A stretch of 64,000 nt of DNA from a virus, in IMG/VR virus record IMGVR_UViG_3300050821_018050, positions 32,001 to 96,000 of that record; one strand, given 5' to 3'. The notes under the pieces were generated by a model. The model searched no databases. It was not told where the DNA came from and saw only the letters and a program-made list of their open reading frames with translations. Shown here in pieces: positions 27,520 through 40,100 of the stretch (position 1 is its first letter; every line of letters begins with the position of its first letter). Made by a program: the position numbers and the translations under genes.

Positions 27520-29564
27520 TGCAACATCCAAGAATTAATATTATTGCAAATGGCGAAACGGTAAATGGTTACACAAAACATGATAGAAATGTCGGGTGGA
27601 CAATTGCCTTTATTAGATTTGCCGAACCGGCATCTGCCTATGCCGCACGCACCGATTTGAATAAAACATTAAAAATGTTAATTGTTGAAAACGATTGCGT
27701 TAATGTTCAGATCACTAATAGTAAAACAAGTTTTGCCAAAACCTGTTCTTTGACCATGAAAGTCACTGATGATTGGTATGCATCAAATGTAAATCCAGGA
27801 GATTGGGTATTTGTTTGGTTAAATAATTCTCAAGATCAAAATAATCAATTACAGAACGCCATCGCATCTCAAAATTTTTCTAATCAGTCCCTTATTAATG
27901 GGTGGACATCCGGCTTAAAGTTTTGTGGTCGAGTACTTAATCTTGGTGCTGTTGACTCAATTACCGTGAATGGAATGAGAACTTTGGCCCAAACCGTCAA
28001 TTGCCAAGCTTTCTTGGAATTAGCGACTTCTATTTATTATACTTATATTAGTCAATCCGTTATTAATCCAGCAGCCGGAACTCCGTCTGGGATTTTAGCG
28101 CCAGGATTTAATCCAGATATCATTTCAAGGACTGCGGCAGTGGAAACTTCGCTTAAAGCGGCAAATTATATGACCTCATTTGCTGATAAATTTATTAGCT
28201 TATATTCATCTGGTACCGCTTCATGGACCCCCGATTCCGTAGTAGGATATTTATTTGCTCTTACTATGGGAGTAGATAGGATGCATAATCCAGCCAACGC
28301 TTTCCTTACAAATGGCATTAATGGAACATTCAATGATGCCATCACTATTCCAAAAGATGTAGATAATCTTTTGGGTGCTCGGGGAGCTACGCGACTCTGC
28401 CAAGCTTACCAAGTTATTTTGGGAATACAAAAATACAAAAATTACAATGGTAGTCAAGCGTCATTATTAGCTCCAGCTTTTAACGATACACCGACCAATA
28501 GTTCAATCATATTACAAACACCCGCAAGGTGTAAAGGCTTTGTTCCATTCTATCCTCCTCAATGGGACAACACGCCTATTTGGTCCATTCTAAATCAATA
28601 TACAAATCCTGTAGTGAATGAAATGTACACAGCGCTTCGTATGAATAGTAATGGAATGATTCAGCCAACTTTAATAGTAAGAGAAAAACCACTTAGCACT
28701 GGTCTTTACGCTGCATTAACTAATCCACAATTGAACCAAGGAGCTATCGATAGACTGCCTGCAAAAGTTAAAAATCAAGTCCAACCTAATGCGACGCCTA
28801 TAGCGAAATCTTCAGCCGATTTTAAAACAAAATCTTCAGCCGCAGATCCTCATGGATACGGCCCTCAGTCAACAGAAAGAACTTTTTTTGGGGAATTGCC
28901 ACGTTGGGTAATTGATGAATCAATGATTCAATCCGTTAACACCACCACTTCTGAATCTTCCAGGATCAATTTTGTTCAAGTATGGGGCAGATCAGCCGGT
29001 GTTGAATATTTAGGAATTAATGAACAAGCTTCACAAGGAACTATGCTTGGCCAAATGGCGATGGGAAATTATTTTGCAGATACTGCCGATATTTCTCGCC
29101 ATGGGTTACGAGCATATATCGAAACATCTCCATTTGATGTATCAGTTAATCAAAATGGGTCAGAAGCTCCTCAATGGGCAAGAATGCGTGCCGACTGGAT
29201 GTTTAATGGACATCTTAAACTTGAAGGATCTATTTCTTGCATTGGAATTCAAGAACCTATTTGTGAAGGTGACAATATTGAGGTACGTGGGATAGTTTAC
29301 CATATTGATAGTGTTGGCCACTCCGCAGGTATTTCTCCGAATGGGCAAAAAACTTTTAGTACAGTGTTGCAAGTATCAAATGGAATGTTGGCTGATGGAT
29401 TAGATGATAAAAATCCACCAAAATATATGTGCCATTTACCGAAAGGTCGTGCCGGTCATCCTGGTCCTGGCTATACAGAAGTACAAACTCGTGATAGTTC
29501 TAGTAAGAAACGTAATTCCCAAGGAGATTTACAAGGCTCTGATGAGGATTCTCAAGATGAATAG
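27519..29564 (+). CDS. Baseplate hub-like protein
   Basis: 681 aa after TMP; DISRHGLR, G.I...G...I..GD.I C-terminal hub pattern. Confidence 0.65.
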   Translation: MQHPRINIIANGETVNGYTKHDRNVGWTIAFIRFAEPASAYAARTDLNKTLKMLIVENDCVNVQITNSKTSFAKTCSLTMKVTDDWYASNVNPGDWVFVWLNNSQDQNNQLQNAIASQNFSNQSLINGWTSGLKFCGRVLNLGAVDSITVNGMRTLAQTVNCQAFLELATSIYYTYISQSVINPAAGTPSGILAPGFNPDIISRTAAVETSLKAANYMTSFADKFISLYSSGTASWTPDSVVGYLFALTMGVDRMHNPANAFLTNGINGTFNDAITIPKDVDNLLGARGATRLCQAYQVILGIQKYKNYNGSQASLLAPAFNDTPTNSSIILQTPARCKGFVPFYPPQWDNTPIWSILNQYTNPVVNEMYTALRMNSNGMIQPTLIVREKPLSTGLYAALTNPQLNQGAIDRLPAKVKNQVQPNATPIAKSSADFKTKSSAADPHGYGPQSTERTFFGELPRWVIDESMIQSVNTTTSESSRINFVQVWGRSAGVEYLGINEQASQGTMLGQMAMGNYFADTADISRHGLRAYIETSPFDVSVNQNGSEAPQWARMRADWMFNGHLKLEGSISCIGIQEPICEGDNIEVRGIVYHIDSVGHSAGISPNGQKTFSTVLQVSNGMLADGLDDKNPPKYMCHLPKGRAGHPGPGYTEVQTRDSSSKKRNSQGDLQGSDEDSQDE

Positions 29565-30489
29565 TTTTAATCAACTGTACCTTGGCGTTATCCAAGAAGT
29601 ATATTCTCCGGGTGATCCGTTGAATGCTTCTAAATATCAATACGAATATCGTGTTTTGATATCAGGTGACGGCAATGCGCAAATACCATGCAAATGCATA
29701 AGAATGGATCCATATGGTTCATATCATAATTACCAAGACGCCGTACTCTCTAAAGGCTATCGCGTATTTGTACAGTTTCCCAGAGGTGATCGTTCTATGG
29801 GAGTCATCATGGGCGGCTCAAGATTCCGGCAGGAAGTACAAGACCCCAAAGCAGGAATTATCTATGAGCATAGATTCAACGAAGTGGTCAATACCGTCGA
29901 CTTCACAGGGGCCTGGACTACTCGCACCACTTCCGGGACATTTCTAAAAGTAGAAAAAAATAAAGTCACAATTTCAGATACTCTTATTCAACAACCTGGT
30001 TACCAAAATACAAATTTTCAGGCTCAGAACAATGCAGCTTCTCCAGTTACTACCGATCCTTTTGATGGTGAATTTATTATTTTGGATAAAGCTGCAGGAC
30101 AGCTTTGGATCAACACTAATCAGTTTAAAGTCGTAGTAAATAAAAATGCTGATATACATGTTCGTGCGGACTCCAATGTTGTTCTTGATGGGGCTGCGAC
30201 TATTACCGTTGGTAAAGATGCCAATGTAACCGTTAATGGAAACGCTAATGTAAACGTGGCTAAAGACTTACAAGCAAATGTAACTGGTGAATTAAAAGCA
30301 ACAGTTGGAAAAGATGCCACGATCACCTCATCTGGCTCAGTGAAAGTTAGCGCCAAAGACATATCGCTGCAGGCGCAAGGTGCTAGTTTCCCTTTAGCCG
30401 CATTATTAACAACTACTTCAGATCCCATAATCGACTATATTACAGGAATTCCCACCCAAGGCACACCAACTATTAAAGCAGGCGAATAA
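29557..30489 (+). CDS. Baseplate central spike (gp5/gpV-like OB fold plus beta-helix)
   Basis: G.RVFVQF..GD....VIMG; 8-residue V.GDA...V repeats; GAGG SD favours ATG 29557 over 29404. Confidence 0.75.
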   Translation: MNSFNQLYLGVIQEVYSPGDPLNASKYQYEYRVLISGDGNAQIPCKCIRMDPYGSYHNYQDAVLSKGYRVFVQFPRGDRSMGVIMGGSRFRQEVQDPKAGIIYEHRFNEVVNTVDFTGAWTTRTTSGTFLKVEKNKVTISDTLIQQPGYQNTNFQAQNNAASPVTTDPFDGEFIILDKAAGQLWINTNQFKVVVNKNADIHVRADSNVVLDGAATITVGKDANVTVNGNANVNVAKDLQANVTGELKATVGKDATITSSGSVKVSAKDISLQAQGASFPLAALLTTTSDPIIDYITGIPTQGTPTIKAGE

Positions 30490-31229
30490 TGGCTGTTCAA
30501 CCGTCAGTACTCACACAATTATTCACGACAAAAGCCCACACATATATTTTGGCAGCGGATAATGCTCGTGTTCCGGGCAGAGCAAATTACAATGGCCCGC
30601 TCGCTCAACCCAATCCCCAATATTTTATGAAGTACGCTCAAGGCGTGGCAACTGGTATCGCAATAGGAACTCCTTCAGTAAATTTCATAACAGCTGATAC
30701 TGGAGTTATGGGAGCCCCACCAATTCCAGGCGCTGGTGCAGGAATCGGGATAATCGTCGATGCATTATATTTTGAAAAAACTTGTTATTCGTTAATTCAG
30801 CAAGCTTTACAGGCAAAATATAATGGTACGTCAGTTATTGAGCCATACGCTTCATTAACGCCCACGAGCAATGGAGTTTATTTGAAGGCTATTTGCCAAG
30901 CTCTTGGTGAAGCTATCAAAGAGCATTACGCAACTTGCTGGACATTAACTTCAGTTCACCCATTAATTTATATTGGAACAGGTCTTATAGTCGATGGCGC
31001 ATTTTCTGGAATCCAACAAAACCTAGTCTCTTCTTCAATAATGGGCCAATTATCTGGTTTTAATGGAGATTTTTTGCAAACCATGATAGATCAAATCGCC
31101 TTAGCTTATAAAATGACAATAGAAAAAATGTCCACCGGTCAAGTAGCCATCGTAGGAGTATGTGTTCCAAGTCCTGGACAAATATGCGGTATTGGATCTG
31201 TTGGAGCTGGTACCGGCGTAGCTACATAA
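30489..31229 (+). CDS. Baseplate-region hypothetical protein
   Basis: 246 aa Gly-rich, coupled to spike gene. Confidence 0.7.
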   Translation: MAVQPSVLTQLFTTKAHTYILAADNARVPGRANYNGPLAQPNPQYFMKYAQGVATGIAIGTPSVNFITADTGVMGAPPIPGAGAGIGIIVDALYFEKTCYSLIQQALQAKYNGTSVIEPYASLTPTSNGVYLKAICQALGEAIKEHYATCWTLTSVHPLIYIGTGLIVDGAFSGIQQNLVSSSIMGQLSGFNGDFLQTMIDQIALAYKMTIEKMSTGQVAIVGVCVPSPGQICGIGSVGAGTGVAT

Positions 31230-31264
31230 ACCTCCACTAGTTTGTGGAACCTCTTATACAACCC

Positions 31265-31272
31265 CCTAATAT
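31265..31272 (+). promoter_or_regulatory. Putative late promoter CCTAATAT
   Basis: 12 nt upstream of ATG 31285. Confidence 0.7.
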
Positions 31273-31284
31273 TTAAGGTATCCC

Positions 31285-33906
31285 ATGGCAACTAATTCCC
31301 CTCTTACTAATGGTGCATTAAATTTTGATGCAGAGTCGCAACAAGCGCAATCCTCTATTGATCAACTTAGTTCCGATCTAAAGGATTACTCACATCCCCC
31401 CACTGCAACTCCGGCCAAAACCTATAGATATCAAAACTCTATATTTGATCCAGCTGTTGACTTGGTAACCCTTTCCTCTGCCAATTTCAACGAATTATTT
31501 GATGAATTAGATTTTACCAGACAATATGGGTACACTTTTTGTATTTATTCAAGTGACAATAAATTCCAAAAGGTAGCCTATTCCTTTCCATTGCCACCAC
31601 AAAGTATTTCCATTAGTGTGCCCGCAGCTGTTAGCGGTACCGTTACTATGAAAGGATACGTAGAAGACCACAATGGTGCTCCTATTCGTAGAATTAGTTT
31701 ACGTGGAACTACCGGTATTTACCAAGAAGTCAGCGCTCAAGATCCTGGCAGTACTGGACCAAATTCATTGCTCAGCTCTCTTTTAAAAAATACATTCCAG
31801 TCTGCTGTACGTGTAGCTAACCAAGCCACTGCTTTAGCTGGTACAGTTTCATCAATTTTCAGTGGATCTAGCCCGCTTTCTGCCCGTATTAATTGGAATA
31901 ATTCCGATGTATCTAGTAGAAAACTTCTTACTGGATACGAAGCTGCGCATACTTTGTACCGTTTTTTAGATGGTTATCTTGCGATGAAGAAACAAACAGC
32001 GAATTCAAAAGTTCGTTTGTGTTTCGAAATGCATAAAGATAAAATGTATTATGATTGTACTTTGAATAATTTTACTTTGAATAAAATTGCGGGCACATTG
32101 GAATACGAATACAGTATTGACCTTACCGCTTGGAGACGCCAACCACATCCACCAAGTGGTGATTACCCTGTACAGTCAAGCAATGGAAGCCAAGCAAACG
32201 CCATCAATAAGCTAGCTCAGATTACCCAAGCATTAATTCAAACTCGCGCTCTTCTTTCAGATTCATTTAACGTTTTGGCTGGTATAAGAGCTGATGTAAA
32301 TAGTGTATTTATTGAACCTCTTAGAGAGGCGATTTTATTAGGAGGTACTCTTGTTTCGGGGGTGCTATCACTTTCCAGTTTCCCTCAGTCTATCATTAAT
32401 TCATCCAAAGCGGGAATTATATCGGCCCTAAAGTCTTCTCAAGGAGATGTTAGATTAGCGACAATTAAGGCTTCTATGATTAAAGCTGGATATTATTCTA
32501 ATGACAATAATTCTCCCAACTATGGATTAGTAAATCCCACTACGTCTGTTTTAAATTCTGAATTCCGAGAAACAAATGATACTAACCAGGCAGAGCTAAA
32601 CGGAATTAATAATGATGGCTCTGGCTTCCAATTAGCCCTCAATGATCCTTCTGTGGCTATTCCCATGCTTGATCAATTCACAATTGATGAAATTCCCATG
32701 ACTTCAGCTCAACAAACGGCTGTACAAAATGAGATTAATCGGGTTCAATCATTAACGGCCACTGACCTTCGTAATCGAAGAACATCTATGGAATCTTTTG
32801 CGAATTCAATTGCGCAAGCCTTTGGTGGGGGTTCTACTACATTTAATAGAGTTAATAATTATACAAATTCTCCTACGACTAAAAAATTACAAATATCGGA
32901 CATTATTCTTATGTCTCAGATTAATGATGCTATTATGGCTTATGATTCATTGATTGCACAGATGGAAAGTAACGTGTCTGCAGGTAATGATGATTATTAT
33001 TCTTATTATGCGAACGTCGCTAGAGAAAACAATATCGCATTTACCCAAAGTCAATCAAAGTATTATGTACCTTTCCCATATGGCATGACCATGGAAGCGT
33101 TAGCTGTGCAATATTTGGGGGACGCTCAAAGATGGATTGAGATCGCGGCAATTAATGGACTTCAAGAACCATATATCGACGAATCTGGATTTAATATTTT
33201 ATTCCAAGGCAATGGCGCAGGCAACACATTGACTTTGCCAAATGCAGATGATCTTTTTATCGGCCAAACCATTCTCATTACTTCCAATACTCAATCAGCG
33301 ACTTCTCGCAAAATCACCGGGATCACTGTTGAATCTGCTGTTGAATCCATTGTCACGGTAGACGGTGATCCAACCATGTCTTTATATCGTACTGCTGACA
33401 GCGCTAGTCTAAAAGCTTTTTTGCCAAATACTTTGAATTCTTTAAAGATGGTAGCAATTCCTTCGAATGATCCAGTAGGTGTGCCTCAACAATTAAAAAT
33501 AACCCCCGGTGCTAATGATTTAGATCCAATCATGGTTGTGGCTCAGACTGATTTCTTGTTGTTATCTAGTGGAGATTTGGCTATTGATGCGGCGGGTAAT
33601 GTTGGGATAGCTACCGGAGTCCAAAATCTGACCCAAGCGGCTAAATTAAAACTTCTGACCAAAGCAGGATCGCTAGTGAATGATCCTAGTTGGGGTAACC
33701 CTGTAAGTGCCGGTCAATCGACTGCAGAAACTAATGCCCCAGATATTCTTTCAAAGATCTCTTCAATGTTTGCCCAAGATCCTAGATTTGGTAAGATCCT
33801 GGCTGGCTCAGTTTCAAAGTTTGGCCCGAGTGCGGAGATTAGCATTTTAGTGAAAATCGCCGGTACTAACCTCAATTTACCGCTCGTGGTACAAGCTCCA
33901 TTATAA
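31285..33906 (+). CDS. Baseplate fusion protein: tube-initiator-like, LysM-like and gp25-like domains
   Basis: FPLPPQSISI; GMTMEALAVQYLGDAQRWIEIAAIN (LysM-like); GVQNLTQA...L.T..G.L..DP.WG...QDPR (gp25-like). Confidence 0.7.
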   Translation: MATNSPLTNGALNFDAESQQAQSSIDQLSSDLKDYSHPPTATPAKTYRYQNSIFDPAVDLVTLSSANFNELFDELDFTRQYGYTFCIYSSDNKFQKVAYSFPLPPQSISISVPAAVSGTVTMKGYVEDHNGAPIRRISLRGTTGIYQEVSAQDPGSTGPNSLLSSLLKNTFQSAVRVANQATALAGTVSSIFSGSSPLSARINWNNSDVSSRKLLTGYEAAHTLYRFLDGYLAMKKQTANSKVRLCFEMHKDKMYYDCTLNNFTLNKIAGTLEYEYSIDLTAWRRQPHPPSGDYPVQSSNGSQANAINKLAQITQALIQTRALLSDSFNVLAGIRADVNSVFIEPLREAILLGGTLVSGVLSLSSFPQSIINSSKAGIISALKSSQGDVRLATIKASMIKAGYYSNDNNSPNYGLVNPTTSVLNSEFRETNDTNQAELNGINNDGSGFQLALNDPSVAIPMLDQFTIDEIPMTSAQQTAVQNEINRVQSLTATDLRNRRTSMESFANSIAQAFGGGSTTFNRVNNYTNSPTTKKLQISDIILMSQINDAIMAYDSLIAQMESNVSAGNDDYYSYYANVARENNIAFTQSQSKYYVPFPYGMTMEALAVQYLGDAQRWIEIAAINGLQEPYIDESGFNILFQGNGAGNTLTLPNADDLFIGQTILITSNTQSATSRKITGITVESAVESIVTVDGDPTMSLYRTADSASLKAFLPNTLNSLKMVAIPSNDPVGVPQQLKITPGANDLDPIMVVAQTDFLLLSSGDLAIDAAGNVGIATGVQNLTQAAKLKLLTKAGSLVNDPSWGNPVSAGQSTAETNAPDILSKISSMFAQDPRFGKILAGSVSKFGPSAEISILVKIAGTNLNLPLVVQAPL

Positions 33907-34065
33907 AATCCTTCGGCGTTGATTATTAACGCCTAAGAAAACTCGCCCACCGCAATAATGTTTCAAATATAAGAATAACATAAAAAATCTGCCAGGAACT
34001 GCTAGGGTACCACCTAGATCATGGTCGAGAATCTCTTCAAAAATACGCTTTTCAAATGGCGTCAT
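33901..34065 (-). CDS. Small hypothetical protein
   Basis: Leaderless ATG 34065 lies 7 nt from the -10. Confidence 0.6.
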   Translation of the reverse strand: MTPFEKRIFEEILDHDLGGTLAVPGRFFMLFLYLKHYCGGRVFLGVNNQRRRIL

Positions 34066-34072
34066 ATACGTG

Positions 34073-34101
34073 AGTTTACAATACAATTAGGTTAAAGTCA
34101 A
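34073..34101 (-). promoter_or_regulatory. sigma70 promoter TTGACT-17-TAAACT (leaderless)
   Basis: -35 at 34096-34101, -10 at 34073-34078. Confidence 0.75.
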
Positions 34102-34103
34102 GA

Positions 34104-34111
34104 CCTAATAT
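34104..34111 (+). promoter_or_regulatory. Putative late promoter CCTAATAT, back-to-back with the early promoter
   Basis: Upstream of GAGG SD and ATG 34130. Confidence 0.7.
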
Positions 34112-34129
34112 TCCTTATGAGGGTTATCT

Positions 34130-37100
34130 ATGGCCGACCAGCCTGTTTTACGATCGCAACCACAAATCGCCGGGGATTTAACGGACGGCTTCTTAAGTCG
34201 GGCCACTTCAGTTACCGATTTATCACAACAATCTGTATTAAGTCAGTTTATCACTGCGATATCACAGTCAAATTTTCGTGCATCTGCAGCTATTATTCAG
34301 ATGCTTGATGCACTTTCGATAGACCGCGCAGTAGGGGGCGCTCTTCAGACTTTAGCCCGTGATCGCCAAGTACCCATTCTTTCAGGTAATGCTTCAACTG
34401 GTAATGTTGATATTACAGATAATACATTTTCTAAAATTGAAACAGGTATTTACGCTGGTCAGCCAGCTCCCGTAGCTGGATCTGCAACTATTTACGTAGT
34501 GGATGCGTCGGCCTTCAATCCTACAGGTCAAGTTTATATTGGTCGTACTACCCCCAATGTCGAGGGGCCATTAACTTACACGAGTGTGACGGCTCAAGCT
34601 GGTGGAGCATATTGGGCTATTAATTTGGCAGGGTCTTCTTTGACTACAAAATTCCATAATCTCGGTGAACGAGTGATCATGGCCCAAGGTGGAAATAGAC
34701 TAATTAGATCAGGCTCTTCAGTTCAAACTGCTTCTGGATCCAATTCATCTCCTATAGTTTTTAATACGACCTCTAACGCGACTATTCAAGATGGTGAGAC
34801 CACTGTTAGCGCTGTACCGATCGTGTGCGCTCAGTCGGGCACAGATGGAAATGTACCCAAATCTGCAATTGTTGAAACCGTATCTTTCCCATTTTCTTCT
34901 AGTTGTGTGAATAGTCAGCCATTTACCAATGGTAAAGCTCCAGATGATGACGATACTTTAAGGGAACGTATTAAGGCTTATGAGCAAGCTAAATCAAAAG
35001 GAACTGCTCAAGCGATCGAAACAGCTTCTATTGATGTTTTTTCGCCAGATGACCTTAAAAGAGTCAGTTCGGCTAATATCGTTACTTACGCGGATACTTC
35101 ATCGGCATTGGTATTTGATGATGGAACGGGCTATGAAGCAATTTTTACGGGAGTCGGCTTAGAAACGGTAGTTGATTCTGCATTGGGTGGAGAAATAAAT
35201 CTTCAACTAAGACAATATCCAATTCTCCAGGCCCGTGTTATAAATAATCTTGCCGGACCTTTTAATATTTTACAGAACGACGCTATTGATGTAGAAATCC
35301 AAGGTGATCGTAGGACACATTTTTTCAACTCTACAGACTTTTTAGTCCCAGGAGCTGGAACCGTTAGTGAAATCGCGAATTCAATCAATTCTGATCCTAA
35401 CTTTCATGCATATGCGACTACTGCGACTAATACCTCTCGTATTGCTTTATATCCTCGTAACCGTCTTCAGAATGAGATCACTGTTGTCGCTCGTGGTACA
35501 ACAGACGACGCCAGCGTCAAAATCGGATTCCCATTAAATACTGAATATACAATTCGTTTGTACAAAAATGATATTCCATTATTCCAAGATGGTCAATATG
35601 CGACAGTTGCAACTACTTCTAATGCTAACTGGTTAAACACCATTACTGATGGCGATACTCTAATTTATTCTGTAGATAAAGCTCCTCCAATCACTGCTAC
35701 ATTTACAACTGCATTATTTCAAACAATTGATATTACTGCCACGGTCAGTTCTCAAACTGCATTAAGTACTTGGGTAGCTGTAATGAATTTAATTATGTCA
35801 GGAGTTACGGCGTCTATCAATGGTGATACCATTAATTTGACTTCTAATTTAGGATTGAACAATAGAGCATCAATTGAAATCCAAGGCGGAACGCTACTTT
35901 CTAAAATGTTCCCAGTTAATGTTGATGTAATATCGACCGGTCGCGGATCTGATTACACTCTTAATCGTCAAACTGGTCAATTTGCATTAAACGTGGCACT
36001 AATTAAAGGTGATTCAGTTACTGCTGGATCTTCGTTTACTCGCGCAAACATAATCACATCTTCAATACCTTCTGGTCCAACCATTGATGGAAACACGTGG
36101 ATGGTAGTGGATGGCGCTGCTAAATTAATACCAAATGGTCTTAAGTTAAATACCCAAGTATTTTTTGAATCCTATGCTACAGGGAAAATGCGCATTCGAG
36201 GAGAGTCCGCTACGCTTACTCCAGAAGGTTTCGAAAATGTTGCTATCAACGATTGGATACTTATTTGGGGAGAAGCTAGCGACGCTACAGCATACCCAAT
36301 CATGTACGCTAATCGCGGATACTGGCGTGTAGAGTCTATCGATGGCGGATTGATTGTAAATATCGATGGAAACTTCAGTCCAACATTTGGATCTGAACCA
36401 TCTGTGCCTCTTGACAGAATAGTTGCTGTAGAAACCCTGGCTCCAATTCAACATTTAGGGTATACTGCGGCAAGCATTGGTGGGTTCATTACGCAAATTA
36501 CTACCGATTTACTTGGTGTAGATGCCGATGCAATAGGCTCATCTGTTCGCCTATCTTCTCAAACCTCTGGCGCTTATGGCGAGATTCTTATTGTAGCTGC
36601 AGACAGTGGTGCTAAGTCTATTGGCATTAATCCAGCAACTATATCAGATAACATCACCTCTCATTATGGATTTATTGTAACGGCTGATTCAGAGGCTGGA
36701 ACTCCTTTGTTTACTCATAGTGTTTTTGGTACTAAAACAGATGACCACACTTTTCAAGATTCCAATTACGAAACCTTTGGCGGTAAATTAGATAATTTTG
36801 CAGAAATACTAAATGATTATGAAGCAGATGTAAGTAATTTCCGAGAGTTGCCGGATTCAAATAAGTCTCGTCGGGTATACACGGAAGACTTTAATGAAAG
36901 CACCAATAATATTACATTAAAGATCCCTCCCTATATGACTAGCGCGGAAAGCCCTATTCAAACAGGTGATCGTTATTTTTTGCGTGAATCTTATCAGTTT
37001 GACTCTACAGATGATCTTACATTTATCGTAGATGGTGACGACACTACAAAAACATATACTGCCCCAGTAGCTCGAAATGTTATTGTGGACAATCATTCAA

Positions 37101-40100
37101 CTCCTAGTACGCAAGATTTTTCAGCTTCTGATGCTCAGTCCAGTTTAGCACTAGCTGATCCATCTTCGTTTTTTAACTTTGATTTCTCTGATTTCAAAGT
37201 TTGGCGTCAAGCAGGTGTTGAATTATTAAATGGCACTAATTCGATTAGAATAAAATTTGGTATTTTCGGTCCCGCAGGTAATAGTGTCAGGGTGGGTTAT
37301 GTTTATCCGTCTAATAATACTCAAACTTCATTGTCTTATACGACCCTTAATAATGAAGCTGGGGCAATTGGTATTGTGTTGCCGGTTACAACTCCAAGAA
37401 CACCTAACTGGGACGGAACTACTTCCTTCACTACCGATGTAGTTACTACTGGCGGAAAAGATACCGTCACATATACTTACAGAGTTGGCACACAGCCAAA
37501 TTTTGGTGTTGGCGGTGCTGCAATTAATAATGGTGATATTGCAATGATAGATCCTACTTCTGATCAGTTGAGCCAGAATAAAAATTTCTCTGCTCGCGTT
37601 TCAACTGTATCAGCCACTACATTTTCTATTCAACGCCCAACAGGTACCGCTATAAGCGATAATATCCCTATTGCATCGATGCAAAATATTAATGGAGTGG
37701 TAACAGCTGTCACGGCCCAACCTCACCTCATTCTTCAAGGCGACCGCATCGGTATTTGGGGAACCTCTTCGGTAGATGGATTCAATTATCCATTTCAAAC
37801 CACTTATTATCCTACTGTAGTAAATTCCACCACTTTTACATTTAGTGCGCCCGTTGGGACTCCTGGTGGGGCAATCATTTCGGCTACTCATGCGGCTAAC
37901 ATCGTCACCGTTACAGCATCTGCACATGGGCTACAGGTCGGTAATGTAATAATTGTTTCAGGAATATCTAATCCTAACTATAATGGTACACATACCGTAT
38001 CAGCAGTTTTATCTTCTAGTCAATTTCAATACATCGTAACTGGGTCGGACGCTTCAGTAGTTGGTGGTCGTTTTGACTTCCAAAGCTATGCATTAGATCC
38101 AGCTTCAACAACTTCCATCCAGTCAATCACAAAGACTGGCTATTCAGTAACTGTAAATAGTACCGGCGAAAGTATCGCTGTGGGTGAACTAGTTCAGATT
38201 GCTGGTGCGCAATGGTCAACTTATAATTCTGCTACAACTTATGGTACAAATGATACCGTTTTTTATAGCGGTATTAATTATGTTTCTTTAGTGTCCGGCA
38301 ATACCTCAAATCAGCCAGACATCTCTCCAGCGCAGTGGGCAATTACCTCTTTGACCCTCAATGGCAACTATGTTGTTACGTCCACTGTGCCTGGAGTAAG
38401 TTTAACCTTCGTCACAGATTTCTTAGGAAATGGATCTGCTACGACAGGTACGGCGACAGCCATTAGAACCGCTGCTAGAATTGCACGCTCATTGGGACCA
38501 AATGCTGCGATGTTGCAATTTGCGCAAGTTTCGACAACAGCTCAAGCAATTATAGACTATGCTACGACTCAAATTCCTGATTTACTTGGCGCTGCTTTAG
38601 ACGGCGGCACATCTTCTGATGTGATTAATCTTTCTACCGCCGATACGACTCTTTCTGGTAATTATTACACAGCTACCGTAACTGCGATGGCTGCGACTGA
38701 AGGATCTAGCTTATTGAATATCACCGTTAATGCAAACATACCTGCAGGTTCAGATATATCACTGACTACAGACGCAACTGGGTATAGCGACAGTTATGTG
38801 GTGCTTACCTCTACTCAAGTGGGATCTTCTTGGGTATTATCTATTAGAACTAGAATCGTTTCTCCTACCACTGGCCCAGTAACTTTTACTACGGGTAATA
38901 TCGTGGGCGCACCAAATTATTTAATGATGACTGATGGCGAAAACTTTGTTAAAAGTTCAAACCTTCAATCAGTTCCTACTTTACCTCAGTTTTCTTGCAA
39001 ACGTGCCTGGATTGAAGCGCCAGCTATTGGCGAAGAACTGAGATTGATTGCTTCTACTACTGAACAATTAACAAGATTTTGGAATGTTTTAACTGTAACT
39101 GGTTTGTCTAATGTCGCAACGATTGATAATTCTGATTATGGTCGTCAATTACAAGTCCGTACTCAAACATTCGGAGCTTCTGGATCAATCCAGGCGACTG
39201 GTGGAAATGCTTCTGGTGGCCAAATAGCTATCGTTGGTGCTGGGAATGAAATTGACAGTAAAACCGGTTCTTTGACAATCCCTTTTGCCGCGCACGATGG
39301 GTTGAATGGCGGGTCATGGATTCAAATTACTCAAAATACCAGACAAAACAAAATACTTGGATTTGACGGCACAACAGTAATTAATACTTCTTCAAATGGA
39401 TTGACTTTAGCCGGTGGTTCTGGATCATTTCAAACCGCTCGCGTAACAACTCAAGATTCTACAACTAAAATGAAAGTTGAACGCCAAGGTAATTATATGG
39501 CATTCATAGGTGTATATGGCACATCATTAGGACTCGCATCAGATCCTGTTCAGTATGTTCGTGAAGGTGATTGGGTAAGATTATCTAATACGGCAGCGGG
39601 ATCTGCCTGGTCTGCTTCAGTTACTTATAGTCCCGGCGCAAGAGTTGACTACATTGGTTATCAATGGCTACAAATTTCTGGTGGTCCAGTACTAGCAGAT
39701 ATCCCAGGCACTGACACTAGTTGGCAACGATTAGGTGTATCTTTTTCAAATGAAGGGATTTTCCAGGTAGTAAGAGTTTTCGGTCAAAACACTTTTTATA
39801 TTCAAAACACTTTAGGTATCGATGAAATGGTTCAACTGGGAGCAGGGTCGGAACTCAGCTTTTACAGTTATGACTCTGTTATGCCGGGAGATACCTTGGT
39901 AATCGCTGGCAATATTCTTAACAGCCTGAATGTTGGCAGATACACTGTTCTGGATCAAAATGCTGGTCCTGGCTATGCTTTCCCTACGGCAACCCGAATT
40001 TATACTCTTCCTATCCCAGTCGTTCAAGGTAATACAGTTTTGGGTGATAGCTTTATACAAGTAAACATTGAAGAAGCTAATCCGCTTCAATTACTGAAAC

